Shown here: in pieces, positions 10,239 through 21,644 of the stretch | Position numbering within the stretch: position 1 is the stretch's first letter | Layout: every line of letters starts with the position of its first letter | The notes under the pieces: generated by a model | Databases searched by the model: none | The model's input: only the letters and a program-made list of their open reading frames with translations | Told to the model about the DNA's origin: nothing | Assembly: GCA_050173015.1 (NCBI GenBank) | Contig: JBFXLE010000020.1 | Location: 16,721-80,720, forward strand | Direction: 5' to 3' | Source of the DNA: Calditrichaceae bacterium | GTDB taxonomy: Bacteria > Calditrichota > Calditrichia > Calditrichales > JBFXGD01 | Length of the DNA: 64,000 nucleotides | Made by a program: the position numbers and the translations under genes

Positions 10239-13200
10239 ATGGGTTTGTTAAATAAGCTTATTTATTTTAGTAAGACGGTGGAGAAATCTCCAGACAAGCA
10301 TAGCGTCACCGCGAAAGTGAGCAGAGATAACGAGCGGTTTTATCGCGGTCGCTGGCAACATGATAAAATTGTCCGGTCAACACACGGGGTCAACTGCACC
10401 GGTTCATGTTCGTGGAAAATTTTTGTCAAGAACGGACTAGTTACCTGGGAAATACAACAGACGGATTATCCGGAAACACGACCCGACCTGCCAAATCATG
10501 AACCCCGGGGATGTCCCAGAGGGGCAAGCTATTCATGGTATCTGTACAGCGCCAACAGAATAAAATATCCCATGGTACGAGGTACATTGGTGAAAGCTTA
10601 CCGTGAAGCAAAGTCGCGTTTAAGCGATCCTGTCAAGGCCTGGCAGGATGTAATGGAAAGCAAGGATATAACTAAAAAGTATAAGGCCGAAAGAGGTCTT
10701 GGCGGATTTATCCGCGCGGACTGGGAAGAAGCGACAGAAATGATCGCGGCCGCCAATGTATATACCATTAAAAAATACGGTCCGGACCGAATTGTGGGAT
10801 TTTCTCCGATTCCCGCCATGTCGATGGTTTCTTATGCTGCCGGTACACGGTATCTTAGTCTTCTGGGTGGAACGATTCTCAGCTTTTATGATTTTTATTG
10901 CGATCTGCCTCCCGCATCGCCGCAGACATGGGGCGAACAGACCGATGTTCCGGAAAGCGCCGACTGGTTTAACTCTTCTTTCCTGATGTTGTGGGGATCC
11001 AATGTACCGCTTACCCGTACTCCGGATTCGCCGTTTTTTACCCAGGTGCGCTACAAAGGGACCAAGGCGGTGGTGATTGCCCCTGATTTTAATGATGCCG
11101 CCAAATTCGCGGATCTGTGGGTAAAACCAAAACAGGGAACGGATGCCGCGCTGGGTATGGCAATGGGGCATGTCATTCTGAAAGAATTTTATCTTCAGAA
11201 AAAGACCGAATACTTTGAAAAATATGTCAGGCAATATTCAGATCTGCCTTTCCTGGTGAAAATGGAAAAAGACGAAAAGCACGGTTTTGTTTCCGGAAAA
11301 ATACTGAGAGCTTCTGACTTCGAAAACAATCTTGGCGTGAAAACAAATCCCGACTGGAAACCGATTCTCATTGATCAGAATACCGGAGATTTTTCCGTTC
11401 CGAACGGAACCATCGGTTCGCGCTGGGACAAAGAACAAAAGTGGAATCTGGAATTAAAAGACACAAGGACCGGGGCTGAAATAATTCCGCTGCTTTCGGT
11501 AATCGATTCACATCAGGAAGTCATAGAGGTTGCCTTTCCCTATTTTGGAGGGCCGGCGTATAAACATGATCAATTCAATGCCACCGGGCATGATGATATC
11601 ATTTACCGGAAGATACCGGTTCAAAAAATAAATACGCGGGACGGAGAAATCTACTGCTGCACAGTTTTTGATCTGCTCACAGCAAATTATGGACTCGACA
11701 GGGGATTTGATGATCCGAACGCCGCGAAAAGTTATGATGACGATCTGCCGTACACACCGGCATGGCAGGAAAAAATAACCGGTGTGCCAAAAGATCAGAT
11801 TATTACCATCGCCAGGCAATTCGCGGAGAATGCGGAAAAAACTAATGGCAAGTCAATGATCATCATCGGAGCGGGAGTTAATCACTGGTTCCATACCGAT
11901 ATGATTTACCGCGGCGCCATCAATATGCTGATCCTTTGCGGTTGTGTCGGGCAATCAGGCGGCGGATGGTCCCATTATGTGGGGCAGGAGAAACTACGTC
12001 CGCAGACCGGATGGCTTCCGCTGGCGTTCGGACTGGACTGGAACAGACCGCCGCGGCACATGAACACCACATCTTTCTTCTATCTTCATACGGATCAGTG
12101 GCGGTATGAAAAAGTGAAACTGAATGAGCTTATCTCACCATTAGCCGACAAAGAAGCCTGGGATAAAAAGTCAATGATCGACTGCAATGTATCCGCGGAA
12201 CGCATGGGATGGCTGCCGTCGGCGCCGCAATTGGACGAAAATCCCCTAAAACTGGCAAAATAAGCTTCTGAAGCCGGGCAAAAACCGGAGGACTATGTCC
12301 TGCGCAAACTCAAAAGCGGTGATATATCCATCGCTTCCGAGGACCCGGATAATCCCAAAAATTTTCCCAGAAATCTGTTTGTCTGGCGGTCTAACCTGCT
12401 CGGTTCCAGCGCCAAAGGAATGGAATATTTTATGAAACACCTTTTGGGCGCTCAGCACGGAGTCCTGGGAGAAGATTTAAAAGCAGACGGAAATGAACTG
12501 CCTGCTGAAGTCAAATGGCACGATCAGGCTCCGCAAGGAAAGCTTGATCTACTTGTAACGCTGGACTACAGAATGTCCACGACCGCTTTGCATTCCGATA
12601 TTCTCTTGCCGGCGGCCTCATGGTATGAGAAAAATGATTTGAGTACCTCGGATATGCATCCGTTTATTCATCCATTTAACAAAGCGGTGGATCCTGTGTG
12701 GGAGTCACGTTCTGACTGGGATATTTACAAAGGGCTGGCGCGAAAGTTCTCTGAGATTTCAAAGGGTCATTTGGGGAAAGAAACCGATGTGGTTCTGCTG
12801 CCGCTCCAGCACGATTCACCCATGGAAATGTCGGATACCACGGATGCTGTTGACTGGAAGAAAAAAGGTATTGATCCCGTTCCGGGAAAAAATATGTCGA
12901 AACTCATTACCGTTGAGAGAGACTATCCGGCGACCTATAAACGCTTCACATCATTGGGGCCGTTGATGACCAGTATCGGCAATGGCGGAAAAGGCATCAG
13001 CTGGAATACCGAAGAAGAAGTGGAATTTTTGAAAAAGCTGAATCATACCATCACTGAAGAAGGCGAATCAAAAGGATTGCCGGAGATCAAATCAGATATA
13101 CAGGCAGCTGAAGTCATTCTTTCACTTGCCCCTGAAACCAACGGAAATGTCGCATTGAAAGCATGGAGGGCTCTCGAGTCAGTGACGGGCAGAAAGCACG

Positions 13201-13970
13201 AGCATCTTGCCGCCAACCGGTCGGATGAAAAAATCCGTTATCATGATTTGCTGGCCCAGCCGCGCAAGATCATCACTTCTCCAATCTGGAGCGGAATAGA
13301 TTCTGAAGAAGTATCCTACAATGCGGGCTATACCAATGTGCATGAGCTGATCCCGTGGCGGACCATTACCGGAAGGCAGACTCTGTATCAGGATCATCCG
13401 TGGATGCGGGCTTTTGGAGAAAGCCTTGTTTGTTATAAACCGCCGATACAAACCAAATCAGTGGATAAAGTACTTGATAAACTGGATCCGGAAGATGAAT
13501 ATCTGATCATAAATATGATGACGCCGCATAATAAATGGACGATTCACTCCAACTGGTCTGATAATTTGCTGATGCTGACCCTTGGCCGTGGCGGTCCCGT
13601 GGTCTGGATGAGTGAAAAAGACGCCGCGAAAATCCATCTTTCGGACAACGATTGGGTAGAGGTGTTTAACCTGAACGGCGCGTCCGCCGCAAGGCTGGTC
13701 GTATCACAACGTATCCCTGAAGGCGCGCTTGTGATGTATCATAATCAGGAACGAACGGTAAATATGCCGGTAAGTCAGATAACGGGAAACCGCGGGGGAG
13801 TGCATAACTCGGTCGAGAGGATCAGTATTAAACCGACTCATATGATCGGCGGCTATGCTCACTTATCCTATGGATTTAACTACTATGGGACCATCGGCTC
13901 GAATCGTGATGAATTTGTAGTGATTCGAAAGTTAAAAAAAGTTGAGTGGAAAGACGAAGAAATCGGATAA
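10239..13970 (+). pseudogene. narG: respiratory nitrate reductase alpha subunit, interrupted by one in-frame TAA at 12261-12263 (nonsense mutation or sequencing error)
   Basis: HGVNCTGSC FS0 motif and PRGCPRG; ORFs 10239-12263 and 12420-13970 are in one frame; codons after the TAA read ASEAGQKPEDY...NFPRNLFVWRSNLLGSS, which is conserved NarG sequence. Confidence 0.9.
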
Positions 13971-13994
13971 TAAGCCTGAAAAGGACATAAAGAT

Positions 13995-15473
13995 ATGAAA
14001 ATAAAAGCGCAAATCGGCATGGTGCTAAATCTTGATAAATGCATCGGCTGCCATACCTGTTCGGTGACATGCAAAAATGTGTGGACATCCAGACCGGGCG
14101 TGGAATACGCTTGGTTCAACAATGTGGAGACCAAGCCGGGAACCGGATATCCATCCGATTGGGAAAATCAGGATCATTATAAAGGCGGTTGGGAGCTAAA
14201 AAAGGACACTTTAAAGCCCAGGATGGGGAATAAAGCAGGAATCATGAAAGGTATATTCGCCAATCCGCACCTGCCAAAAATTGACGATTATTATGAACCC
14301 TTTACGTTCAACTATTCCATATTGCATAAACAGGCAAAATTTGTCACGCCCCCTTCAGCGCGTCCCTATTCGATGATCACCGGAAAACGAATGGAAAAAA
14401 TAGAGAAAGGACCGAACTGGGAAGACAATCTGGGCGGCGAATTCTCAAAACGCGGCAATGATAAAAATTTTGCAAACATGCAAAAAGAAATGCTCGGCGA
14501 ATTCGAAAACGCGTTTATGCTGTATCTGCCCCGTTTGTGCGAGCATTGTCTGAACCCCACCTGTGTAGCCGCATGTCCGTCCGGCGCGATTTATAAACGT
14601 GATGAAGACGGTATCGTGCTTATTGACCAAGATCGTTGCCGGGGATGGCGTGAATGTGTTACCGCCTGTCCCTATAAAAAGACCTATTTTAACTGGCAGC
14701 AGAAAAAATCGGAAAAATGCACATTTTGTTATACAAAGATCGAAAACGGTGAACCGACCATCTGTTCGGAATCATGCGTCGGCAGGATTCGCTATATCGG
14801 TGTGATACTCTATGATGCCGATAAAATAAAGTCCGCGGCATCCGCCGATAATGAACAGGATTTATATGATTCCCATTTGAATATATTTCTTGATCCGAAT
14901 GATCCGGAAATAATCAAAGAAGCGCGGAAACAAGGTATCTCAGAGAGTTTCCTGAAAGCGGCGGCGAAATCGCCGGTTTATAAAATGGCGATTGACTGGA
15001 AAATAGCTTTTCCTCTTCATCCGGAATACCGTACACTTCCTATGGTATGGTATGTTCCGCCTCTGTCGCCGATACAGTCCGCGGCTGATTCCGGAGCGCT
15101 GGGAGTTAACGGAATTCTGCCGGATGTGGATTCATTAAGAATACCCCTAAAATATCTTGCTAACATGTTTACCGCCGGCGATGAAGCGCCGGTAAGCGAT
15201 GCACTGAAAAAGATGCTTACAATGAGAGCATGGATGCGGAATAAAACAGTGGAAGGCAAAACGGATTTATCGATACTTGAAGAAACGGGATTGACCGTTG
15301 TTCAGGTCGAGGAAATGTACCGTTATTTGGCGCTGGCTGACTATGATGACCGGTTTGTGATTCCCACCTCGCCGAAGGACCTCAATATGGATGCGTTCAC
15401 AGACAAGGCCGAAACCGGTTTTGAAAAAGAGACCATTAGCCGAACCCTGAAAAATTTATTCGGCGGAATATAA
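13995..15473 (+). CDS. narH: nitrate reductase beta subunit
   Basis: MVLNLDKCIGCHTCSVTCKNVW; LPRLCEHCLNP.CVA.CPSG; PLHPEYRTLPMVWY. Confidence 0.97.
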   Translation: MKIKAQIGMVLNLDKCIGCHTCSVTCKNVWTSRPGVEYAWFNNVETKPGTGYPSDWENQDHYKGGWELKKDTLKPRMGNKAGIMKGIFANPHLPKIDDYYEPFTFNYSILHKQAKFVTPPSARPYSMITGKRMEKIEKGPNWEDNLGGEFSKRGNDKNFANMQKEMLGEFENAFMLYLPRLCEHCLNPTCVAACPSGAIYKRDEDGIVLIDQDRCRGWRECVTACPYKKTYFNWQQKKSEKCTFCYTKIENGEPTICSESCVGRIRYIGVILYDADKIKSAASADNEQDLYDSHLNIFLDPNDPEIIKEARKQGISESFLKAAAKSPVYKMAIDWKIAFPLHPEYRTLPMVWYVPPLSPIQSAADSGALGVNGILPDVDSLRIPLKYLANMFTAGDEAPVSDALKKMLTMRAWMRNKTVEGKTDLSILEETGLTVVQVEEMYRYLALADYDDRFVIPTSPKDLNMDAFTDKAETGFEKETISRTLKNLFGGI

Positions 15474-15475
15474 CA

Positions 15476-16102
15476 ATGATCAAAACCTATAAAATACTGT
15501 CATTGCTGCTATCCTATCCTAATCAGGATGTAATGGATTTCATGGTGGAAATTCCTGAAAATTTATCGGAAGAAGGGATTTTAAATACCCGCCAGATTGA
15601 TAATATTCAGAAATTCATTGACGCTTTTAAATCGGATGAAATCGAAACATGGCAGGAACACTATGTTCAGTTATTCGACTATTCACGTGCGGTGTCGCTT
15701 CATCTTTTTGAGCATGTCTATGGCGAGTCGAAAGATCGCGGCCAGGCAATGGTTGATCTGATCAGTTTTTATGCTGAGGACGGTCTGGAAATAAAAACAT
15801 CGGAACTTCCGGATTACCTGCCGGCATTCCTTGAATTTCTGTCCATGACAAAAAACGAATCTGTCGCCTCGGAAGTCCTGTCGGAAATAGCGCATATCAT
15901 CAGCAAGATACATGACAAACTCAAGGGCATGGACAATCCTTATCAGCATCTTCTGGAAGCGGTGCTTTCACTCTCCGCCCGCGAGCCTGATCCCAAACTT
16001 GTTGATTCTCTGAATCAGATGGAGAAACCGGTTGATCTGGATAAAGAATATGAAGAAGAGCCGGTCCGCTTCGGAGAAAATAATAATTGTAACATTTGCT
16101 AA
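15476..16102 (+). CDS. narJ: nitrate reductase molybdenum cofactor assembly chaperone
   Basis: SLHLFEHVYGES.DRGQAMVDL; ELPDYLP.FLEFLS. Confidence 0.95.
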   Translation: MIKTYKILSLLLSYPNQDVMDFMVEIPENLSEEGILNTRQIDNIQKFIDAFKSDEIETWQEHYVQLFDYSRAVSLHLFEHVYGESKDRGQAMVDLISFYAEDGLEIKTSELPDYLPAFLEFLSMTKNESVASEVLSEIAHIISKIHDKLKGMDNPYQHLLEAVLSLSAREPDPKLVDSLNQMEKPVDLDKEYEEEPVRFGENNNCNIC

Positions 16103-16117
16103 CAAAAGAGATCTGCT

Positions 16118-16798
16118 ATGGAACATTATATTAATAATTTATTGTTTACGTATTTTCCGCATATTTCGATGGCGGTTTTTTGGTTCGGGCTTATCACGCG
16201 TTTTGTAAAAACTTCCCGCACTATTCAGGCGCAGTCAAATCAGTTTCTGGCTGAAGACGGGTTAAGATGGGGGAGTAATTTCTTTCATTATGGGATTATT
16301 CTGGTCTTTTTTGGTCATTTCTCGGGATTGCTAACACCGGAAAAATGGTATCATCTGGTTATGACCACCGAAGTTAAACGCATATTAGCTGTCAGCCTCG
16401 GATCGGTTTTTGGCGGAATGACTCTTATAGGCATTATCATTCTGATTGTGCGAAGATTCCGGAATGAACGAATCAGGATAAACAGTTCTCCGCAGGATTA
16501 TTTTATCATATTTCTCCTGCTGTTCGAAGTTGTCCTGGGAATGGGATCTATCAGCAGGACAATTGTTTCACCGGTAGAAAATTATGCCGCTTTGGGTGAA
16601 TGGGCGCAGATGGTGGTTACTTTTCAGCCGAATGCCGGCGCCGTGCTGGCAGATCTCAGTATAGTCTATAAATTGCACATCTTTGTCGGCATGCTGATTT
16701 TTATTATCTTTCCATACACAAAACTGATGCATATTTTAGTCGTACCGTTACAGTACTTTATCCGGACAGGATATCAATTGGTAAGGAAAAGTCAATAG
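16118..16798 (+). CDS. narI: nitrate reductase gamma subunit (cytochrome b)
   Basis: WGSNFFHYGIILVFFGH; LHIFVG...FPYTKLMH; position after narJ. Confidence 0.93.
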   Translation: MEHYINNLLFTYFPHISMAVFWFGLITRFVKTSRTIQAQSNQFLAEDGLRWGSNFFHYGIILVFFGHFSGLLTPEKWYHLVMTTEVKRILAVSLGSVFGGMTLIGIIILIVRRFRNERIRINSSPQDYFIIFLLLFEVVLGMGSISRTIVSPVENYAALGEWAQMVVTFQPNAGAVLADLSIVYKLHIFVGMLIFIIFPYTKLMHILVVPLQYFIRTGYQLVRKSQ

Positions 16799-17099
16799 GC
16801 GAAGAAATTTCCATTTATCAAGTCATGAATAAAGTAAATATGATTATTTTTGCATGAACTTTCCGGAGAATTATCTTAAACCATACTCCGACAGGTAGTT
16901 GTCCCCGCAATTTTTGCGATTACAAAACTGTTTTTGATTAATGCTGAGTATTCATTTTTTTCATGAATACATCCAAATATAAATCCTATGACAGGAATTT
17001 TGGTTAGCATACCCGTAGATGTAACATGATTTTAATCATAATGAATAGCATTTTTAACGAAGCCTTAATATATTTGGTTTAAAAGCGATGAGGAATAAA

Positions 17100-17447
17100 A
17101 TGATTAAACTTTACGGTGTGCCTACCTGTACTCAAATCAGAAAAACTAAAGCCTTATTCGATCAGCACAGCATTCCATTTGAATTTATTAATGTTAAAAA
17201 GGATCCTGTTTCCGAAGAGAAACTGGATAAAATCATTGCCCAGGCGGGCCTCGATCTGGTCCTGAATAAAAAAGGTACCACTTACAGAAAACTCGGGCTG
17301 GGCAAAATGAATTTGAATGAACGGGAATTGATTGAGTGGCTGCTTAAGGAACAAAGTATGATCAAACGGCCGTTGATCGAAAAGGAAGGCCGTTTTATGA
17401 TCGGGTATGATGAACAGGCGATTCTGAGTTTTGTTAAGAATAAATAA
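17100..17447 (+). CDS. ArsC/Spx/YffB-family thioredoxin-fold protein
   Basis: LYGVPTC; LNKKGTTYRKL; MIKRPLIE; only one Cys of the CxxC motif. Confidence 0.85.
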   Translation: MIKLYGVPTCTQIRKTKALFDQHSIPFEFINVKKDPVSEEKLDKIIAQAGLDLVLNKKGTTYRKLGLGKMNLNERELIEWLLKEQSMIKRPLIEKEGRFMIGYDEQAILSFVKNK

Positions 17448-17462
17448 AACGGGGGCAAATAT

Positions 17463-18740
17463 ATGACCAATCTAACAGCCGTTATATTAGGAGGAGGCAG
17501 AGGCACCCGGCTTGATCCTCTAACCGGGGTAAGGGCAAAACCCGCTGTGCCGATTGCCGGGAAATTCCGTTTGATAGATATCCCGATCAGTAATTGCCTG
17601 CACTCGGGTGTGCGTAACATATTTGTATTGACACAATTTAACACAGAATCACTGCATCGTCACATTTATAACGCTTACCGTTTTGATAACTTCAGCCAGG
17701 GTTCTATCCGTATTCTCGCCGCGCAGCAGACCAGCGATACGCAGGATTGGTATCAGGGAACAGCTGACGCTGTCAGAAAAAATCTACGCTATCTTGAAGA
17801 TGCCGCTGATCATATTATCATACTTTCAGGAGATCATCTGTATCGAATGGACTATCGTGAGTTTTTCGAACACCACCTTGAATCGAATGCGGATATTTCG
17901 ATCGCGGTTAAACCGATTGAAGAGAATGAAGCCTCTGAATTCGGAGTTTTAAAGGTGGATAAAGAAGGATATATTACTGATTTTTATGAAAAGCCTAAAA
18001 CGAAGGATGTCCTTGATAAATACCAAATTGAAGAAGATACTTTTAAGATATTTGATATAGATCCCAAAGGCCGCCGGCATGTGGCATCGATGGGGATTTA
18101 TATATTTAAAAAAGAAGTGTTGATCAATCTTTTAAGCAACAACGAAGATGAGGATTTTGGAAAAGAAGTTATTCCGTCGAGCCTAAATGATTACAAGGTT
18201 ATCTCCTATTTTTTTGAAGGATACTGGGAGGACATCGGTACCGTTCAGGCTTTTTTTAACGCGCATATGGACTTAACCCAGCCCATCCCGAAATTCAATT
18301 TTTACGATGAAAGCTATCCATTTTACAGCAGGCCAAGATATTTGCCGGCATCAAAGATCAACAATTGTCATATTAATCAGTCCATTGTTTCAGAAGGGTC
18401 AATTATTCTGGGTTCCATCATTGAACAGGCGGTGATTGGTATTCGCTCTTTTATTGATGAGGGTACACTGATTCAGCGGGCGATCGTCATGGGTAACAGT
18501 TTTTATGAAACAATTCAGGACCGTGAAACGAACTTAAATCAAGTTAAGCCAAATCTAGGTATCGGCCGTAACTGTGTCATTAAGAATGCCATTATTGATA
18601 TGGATTGTTATATCGGAAATAACGTCCAGTTAATAAATAAGGACAGCCAAAATGAAGTTTTTACGGATTCCTATGCGATTCGCGACGGCATTATAATTAT
18701 TCCAAAGGGAACGGTGATCCCCAATAACACCATAATATAA
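17463..18740 (+). CDS. glgC: glucose-1-phosphate adenylyltransferase
   Basis: ILGGGRGTRL.PLT..RAKPAVP; WYQGTADAVR; ILSGDHLYRMDY; YWEDIGT. Confidence 0.96.
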   Translation: MTNLTAVILGGGRGTRLDPLTGVRAKPAVPIAGKFRLIDIPISNCLHSGVRNIFVLTQFNTESLHRHIYNAYRFDNFSQGSIRILAAQQTSDTQDWYQGTADAVRKNLRYLEDAADHIIILSGDHLYRMDYREFFEHHLESNADISIAVKPIEENEASEFGVLKVDKEGYITDFYEKPKTKDVLDKYQIEEDTFKIFDIDPKGRRHVASMGIYIFKKEVLINLLSNNEDEDFGKEVIPSSLNDYKVISYFFEGYWEDIGTVQAFFNAHMDLTQPIPKFNFYDESYPFYSRPRYLPASKINNCHINQSIVSEGSIILGSIIEQAVIGIRSFIDEGTLIQRAIVMGNSFYETIQDRETNLNQVKPNLGIGRNCVIKNAIIDMDCYIGNNVQLINKDSQNEVFTDSYAIRDGIIIIPKGTVIPNNTII

Positions 18741-18782
18741 TCACGATTATTCGGGACAGGAAGTCTAAACAGCTCTGGGCTT

Positions 18783-20618
18783 ATGAGTAAAAAATATGTC
18801 TTCTTCAAATTATTTAACGATCTTGACGACCCGTTCGAAATCGAACAACTCTCATTTTTAGAAATTGAATCCTTATTTGAAAAGCCAAAACCTCTGGCAA
18901 ATGTCTTCGAACTGCTGAATTATCAGGATCTCAGGCATCTGATTTTGCGGGAACCAAATTTACAACAGTACCTGACGGATTCGATCTCTTCATTCGGGCG
19001 GCATGGATATCTGTGGGTTGGGGACCAAATATCCCGTCTTCCCGATGCCATTTTAAGGTTGGGATTAACAAAAGAGATCATATTAATTCAGCATATTGCC
19101 GACCCTGTTCCATTATTTCTCCGCGCGAAGTTTAAAAATTTTCCGTTTAGTGAAACCGGTACAAATGAATGGAGAATTTACCGCTTCCCGACTTTCCAAT
19201 ATCTGCTGGAAAGAGTTGATTATATTTCGGCGATAAGTAAAAATGAATCAGACGTGGATAAATACACTAAGTTTCTGGATGAACACTTTAAGCCCGGTTT
19301 TCCCGCTCCGGGTGTGAAGACTTATCTGGCGAATCATGAAATCCTTAATGCGAATAGCGGCGGATTTTCACTGGTTGGAACGGATATGCGGGCCTATTCC
19401 GACCGCAGTAAAACCGTTTGGATGCGTTCTGTAATTAACTATATGCTACCCGATATTAACAAAGTCCTGTTTAATCCGTTTTGCGGAACCGGCAGAATCC
19501 TCGCGGAGGGGCTTCTTTCTGAACAATCGGTATTCGGCGTAGAACTAAATCCGCTATCCGGCCTTTTTTCAGAAAGCACAATTCACAGTTTTGATTTTGA
19601 GCCGGCTATCTACAAGAAGGCTATTTCAGAAATATTATCGCAAATACACCTGTTGATTTCCAGTAAGCCCGTTGCGCAAACCGATTTGTTTCTGGACAGG
19701 ATTGAATCACGCTTTATGCCTTTCTGGAGAACTGAAAAGGAACGCCTGAAAAATCAAAAAACGCGTATTATTTCTGATGAAATATTAAAATATATTTTAG
19801 CAGCCAGGTTTTTAATTGAATCAAAATATATCACACGGTCTCATTCGATTAATTCGTTTTTGATGACGGCTCTCTCGATTTGCATATCTAATTTTTTGAG
19901 AAAAAAACAGCAAAGGAATTTTATGTCCTTTTATTCATCTCACCTGCGCGAGCTGTTTCTCAAACATTATGCATTCTATCGCCTTAAACAGATTCTCTCA
20001 CCGGAAACCGGTCCGGGTGAAGTGTATAACAGAGATTTGCTCACCATGTCGGTTCTTGAATCAAACAGCGCCGATGCCTCAATTGCCTGGCTCCCGTCCG
20101 GTATAAAGAAGGCCGGTTTTGGCAATGACAATCTTCCCGTACGCTTGCTAAATCTCCATGGCTTATCGGGTGAATTGGAGCAAAAATTATTTGGCAAAAG
20201 CCTGATTGAGGACGCGGAGTTTAAAAACCTGATGAATCAGATCTTTCAAAAAAATGAACTGTTCGCCCTGCATGGAGAATATGGTCAGGCGATCATCGAA
20301 AAATTATTCTATGGCAACAGAAAAGAAGAAGCCGCGGGGCTATTGAAATTATGGGGGAACCATTTAAAAGCCCTCGAACAAATAAGCCGAATCACCAGAA
20401 TTAATGCAAAAATATGTCTGATCATAGAAAATGTATACTTTAAAATCGGCCGCCGCTTTGAGTTAATAAGCAATGAGCAAATACTGGTTGATCTTGTGGC
20501 CCGGCATCAGGAAATCGTCCCGCTCCACCTGGTCAATCATCATAGAAAAACGCTGAAGAAAAAACATTTTGGCCGGCAAATGAGCGCTGGAATCTTTATT
20601 TTTGAAAAACATCTCTGA
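18783..20618 (+). CDS. hypothetical protein with degenerate SAM-dependent (nucleic-acid) methyltransferase fold
   Basis: LFNPFCGTGRILAEG...FGVELNP motif-I-like; no S/D/NPPY catalytic motif seen. Confidence 0.55.
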   Translation: MSKKYVFFKLFNDLDDPFEIEQLSFLEIESLFEKPKPLANVFELLNYQDLRHLILREPNLQQYLTDSISSFGRHGYLWVGDQISRLPDAILRLGLTKEIILIQHIADPVPLFLRAKFKNFPFSETGTNEWRIYRFPTFQYLLERVDYISAISKNESDVDKYTKFLDEHFKPGFPAPGVKTYLANHEILNANSGGFSLVGTDMRAYSDRSKTVWMRSVINYMLPDINKVLFNPFCGTGRILAEGLLSEQSVFGVELNPLSGLFSESTIHSFDFEPAIYKKAISEILSQIHLLISSKPVAQTDLFLDRIESRFMPFWRTEKERLKNQKTRIISDEILKYILAARFLIESKYITRSHSINSFLMTALSICISNFLRKKQQRNFMSFYSSHLRELFLKHYAFYRLKQILSPETGPGEVYNRDLLTMSVLESNSADASIAWLPSGIKKAGFGNDNLPVRLLNLHGLSGELEQKLFGKSLIEDAEFKNLMNQIFQKNELFALHGEYGQAIIEKLFYGNRKEEAAGLLKLWGNHLKALEQISRITRINAKICLIIENVYFKIGRRFELISNEQILVDLVARHQEIVPLHLVNHHRKTLKKKHFGRQMSAGIFIFEKHL

Positions 20619-20696
20619 TGCAGATTGTGAGTTTATCCTTAGACCATTTCAAAGGACATTCCTGTTCGCAAAATTATCATCACCTACCGAAGATGT

Positions 20697-21041
20697 TCAT
20701 ATTTTATTCAATTCTTCCACCGCGGAATCCACTGAATCATGAAAAACAAATACATTAATGAGCTGGGTCATGATAAAGACACTCCTTGTTTTCTCACTCA
20801 GTCCAACAAGCCGCAAATGGCCGTTTGCCTTGTTTAATGTTGTCAGGCATTTCATAATCATTCCCATGCCCATACTGTTGATCCAGTTCAGATGTGTAAG
20901 ATCAAAAACAACCCGAATGACCCCATCCTGTATAAGCAAACATACTTCATTATAAAGCTCTTTTGTCTCCGGCGAACCCATCAGCTTTCCCCTTAACGAC
21001 AAAACAGCAACTTTCTGGTACATACTTTCTTTGATTTTCAT
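20697..21041 (-). CDS. STAS-domain anti-sigma factor antagonist
   Basis: VVFDLTHLNWINSMGMG, phosphorylatable Ser motif. Confidence 0.85.
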   Translation of the reverse strand: MKIKESMYQKVAVLSLRGKLMGSPETKELYNEVCLLIQDGVIRVVFDLTHLNWINSMGMGMIMKCLTTLNKANGHLRLVGLSEKTRSVFIMTQLINVFVFHDSVDSAVEELNKI

Positions 21042-21644
21042 TGTAGATCCATTTTTAAGCGTTCTCATATCGTTTTACATTGAATTGTTCAGAAAACTAA
21101 CAGATTGATCTGTCCGATACAATAAATAGATAATTTTATCCGGAAAATTTATCAAATTTACCAAATAATGTAGTGCAATTTGTCCATTTGTCCGAAAATT
21201 GTAAAGTGATTTAAGGAATAACTCGATAGTTAATATAGGTTGAATGTGCCGATTGCATATAATTTATGTGATCGTAATCACCCGGTTTTTGTATCGTAGG
21301 TCACTGATTTAGTTCAACTTAATCGTTATACTTGGAACAAAAAGAAATATAAAACCGTTCTAACCGGTAATTTGAAAGTAGAACCAGCATAGAGAGGCAA
21401 AAGATGAAATTAAAGCTAAAAATCAAAATTAAGTCTAAGTTATTTATATTTAATACAGAGACCGCGCGGGAATCAGCGCATCAATACGACCGGCATACAA
21501 ACGTTTCCCGTATGCATACTAATGTTTACCGTAACCTGCCATCACATACCGCTATAGATAAAATTTCACTTGCCTCATAATTAAATTTTTATATCCCCCC
21601 GTTTATTGGCTTTGTCCGGTCTGCTCTAAGCAGTGGAGCTAAAA

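Noticed and set aside
12261-12263. Selenocysteine/pyrrolysine or stop-codon reassignment in narG
   Set aside because: The codon is TAA rather than TGA/TAG, the position is non-catalytic, and TAA is a normal stop in many genes here
12420-13970. Separate gene for a naturally split NarG
   Set aside because: The intervening 12264-12419 still encodes conserved NarG residues in frame, so this is one interrupted gene
21267-21282. CRP/FNR-like site TGTGA-N6-TCACC
   Set aside because: Single imperfect match in AT-rich DNA with no supporting regulator or second site
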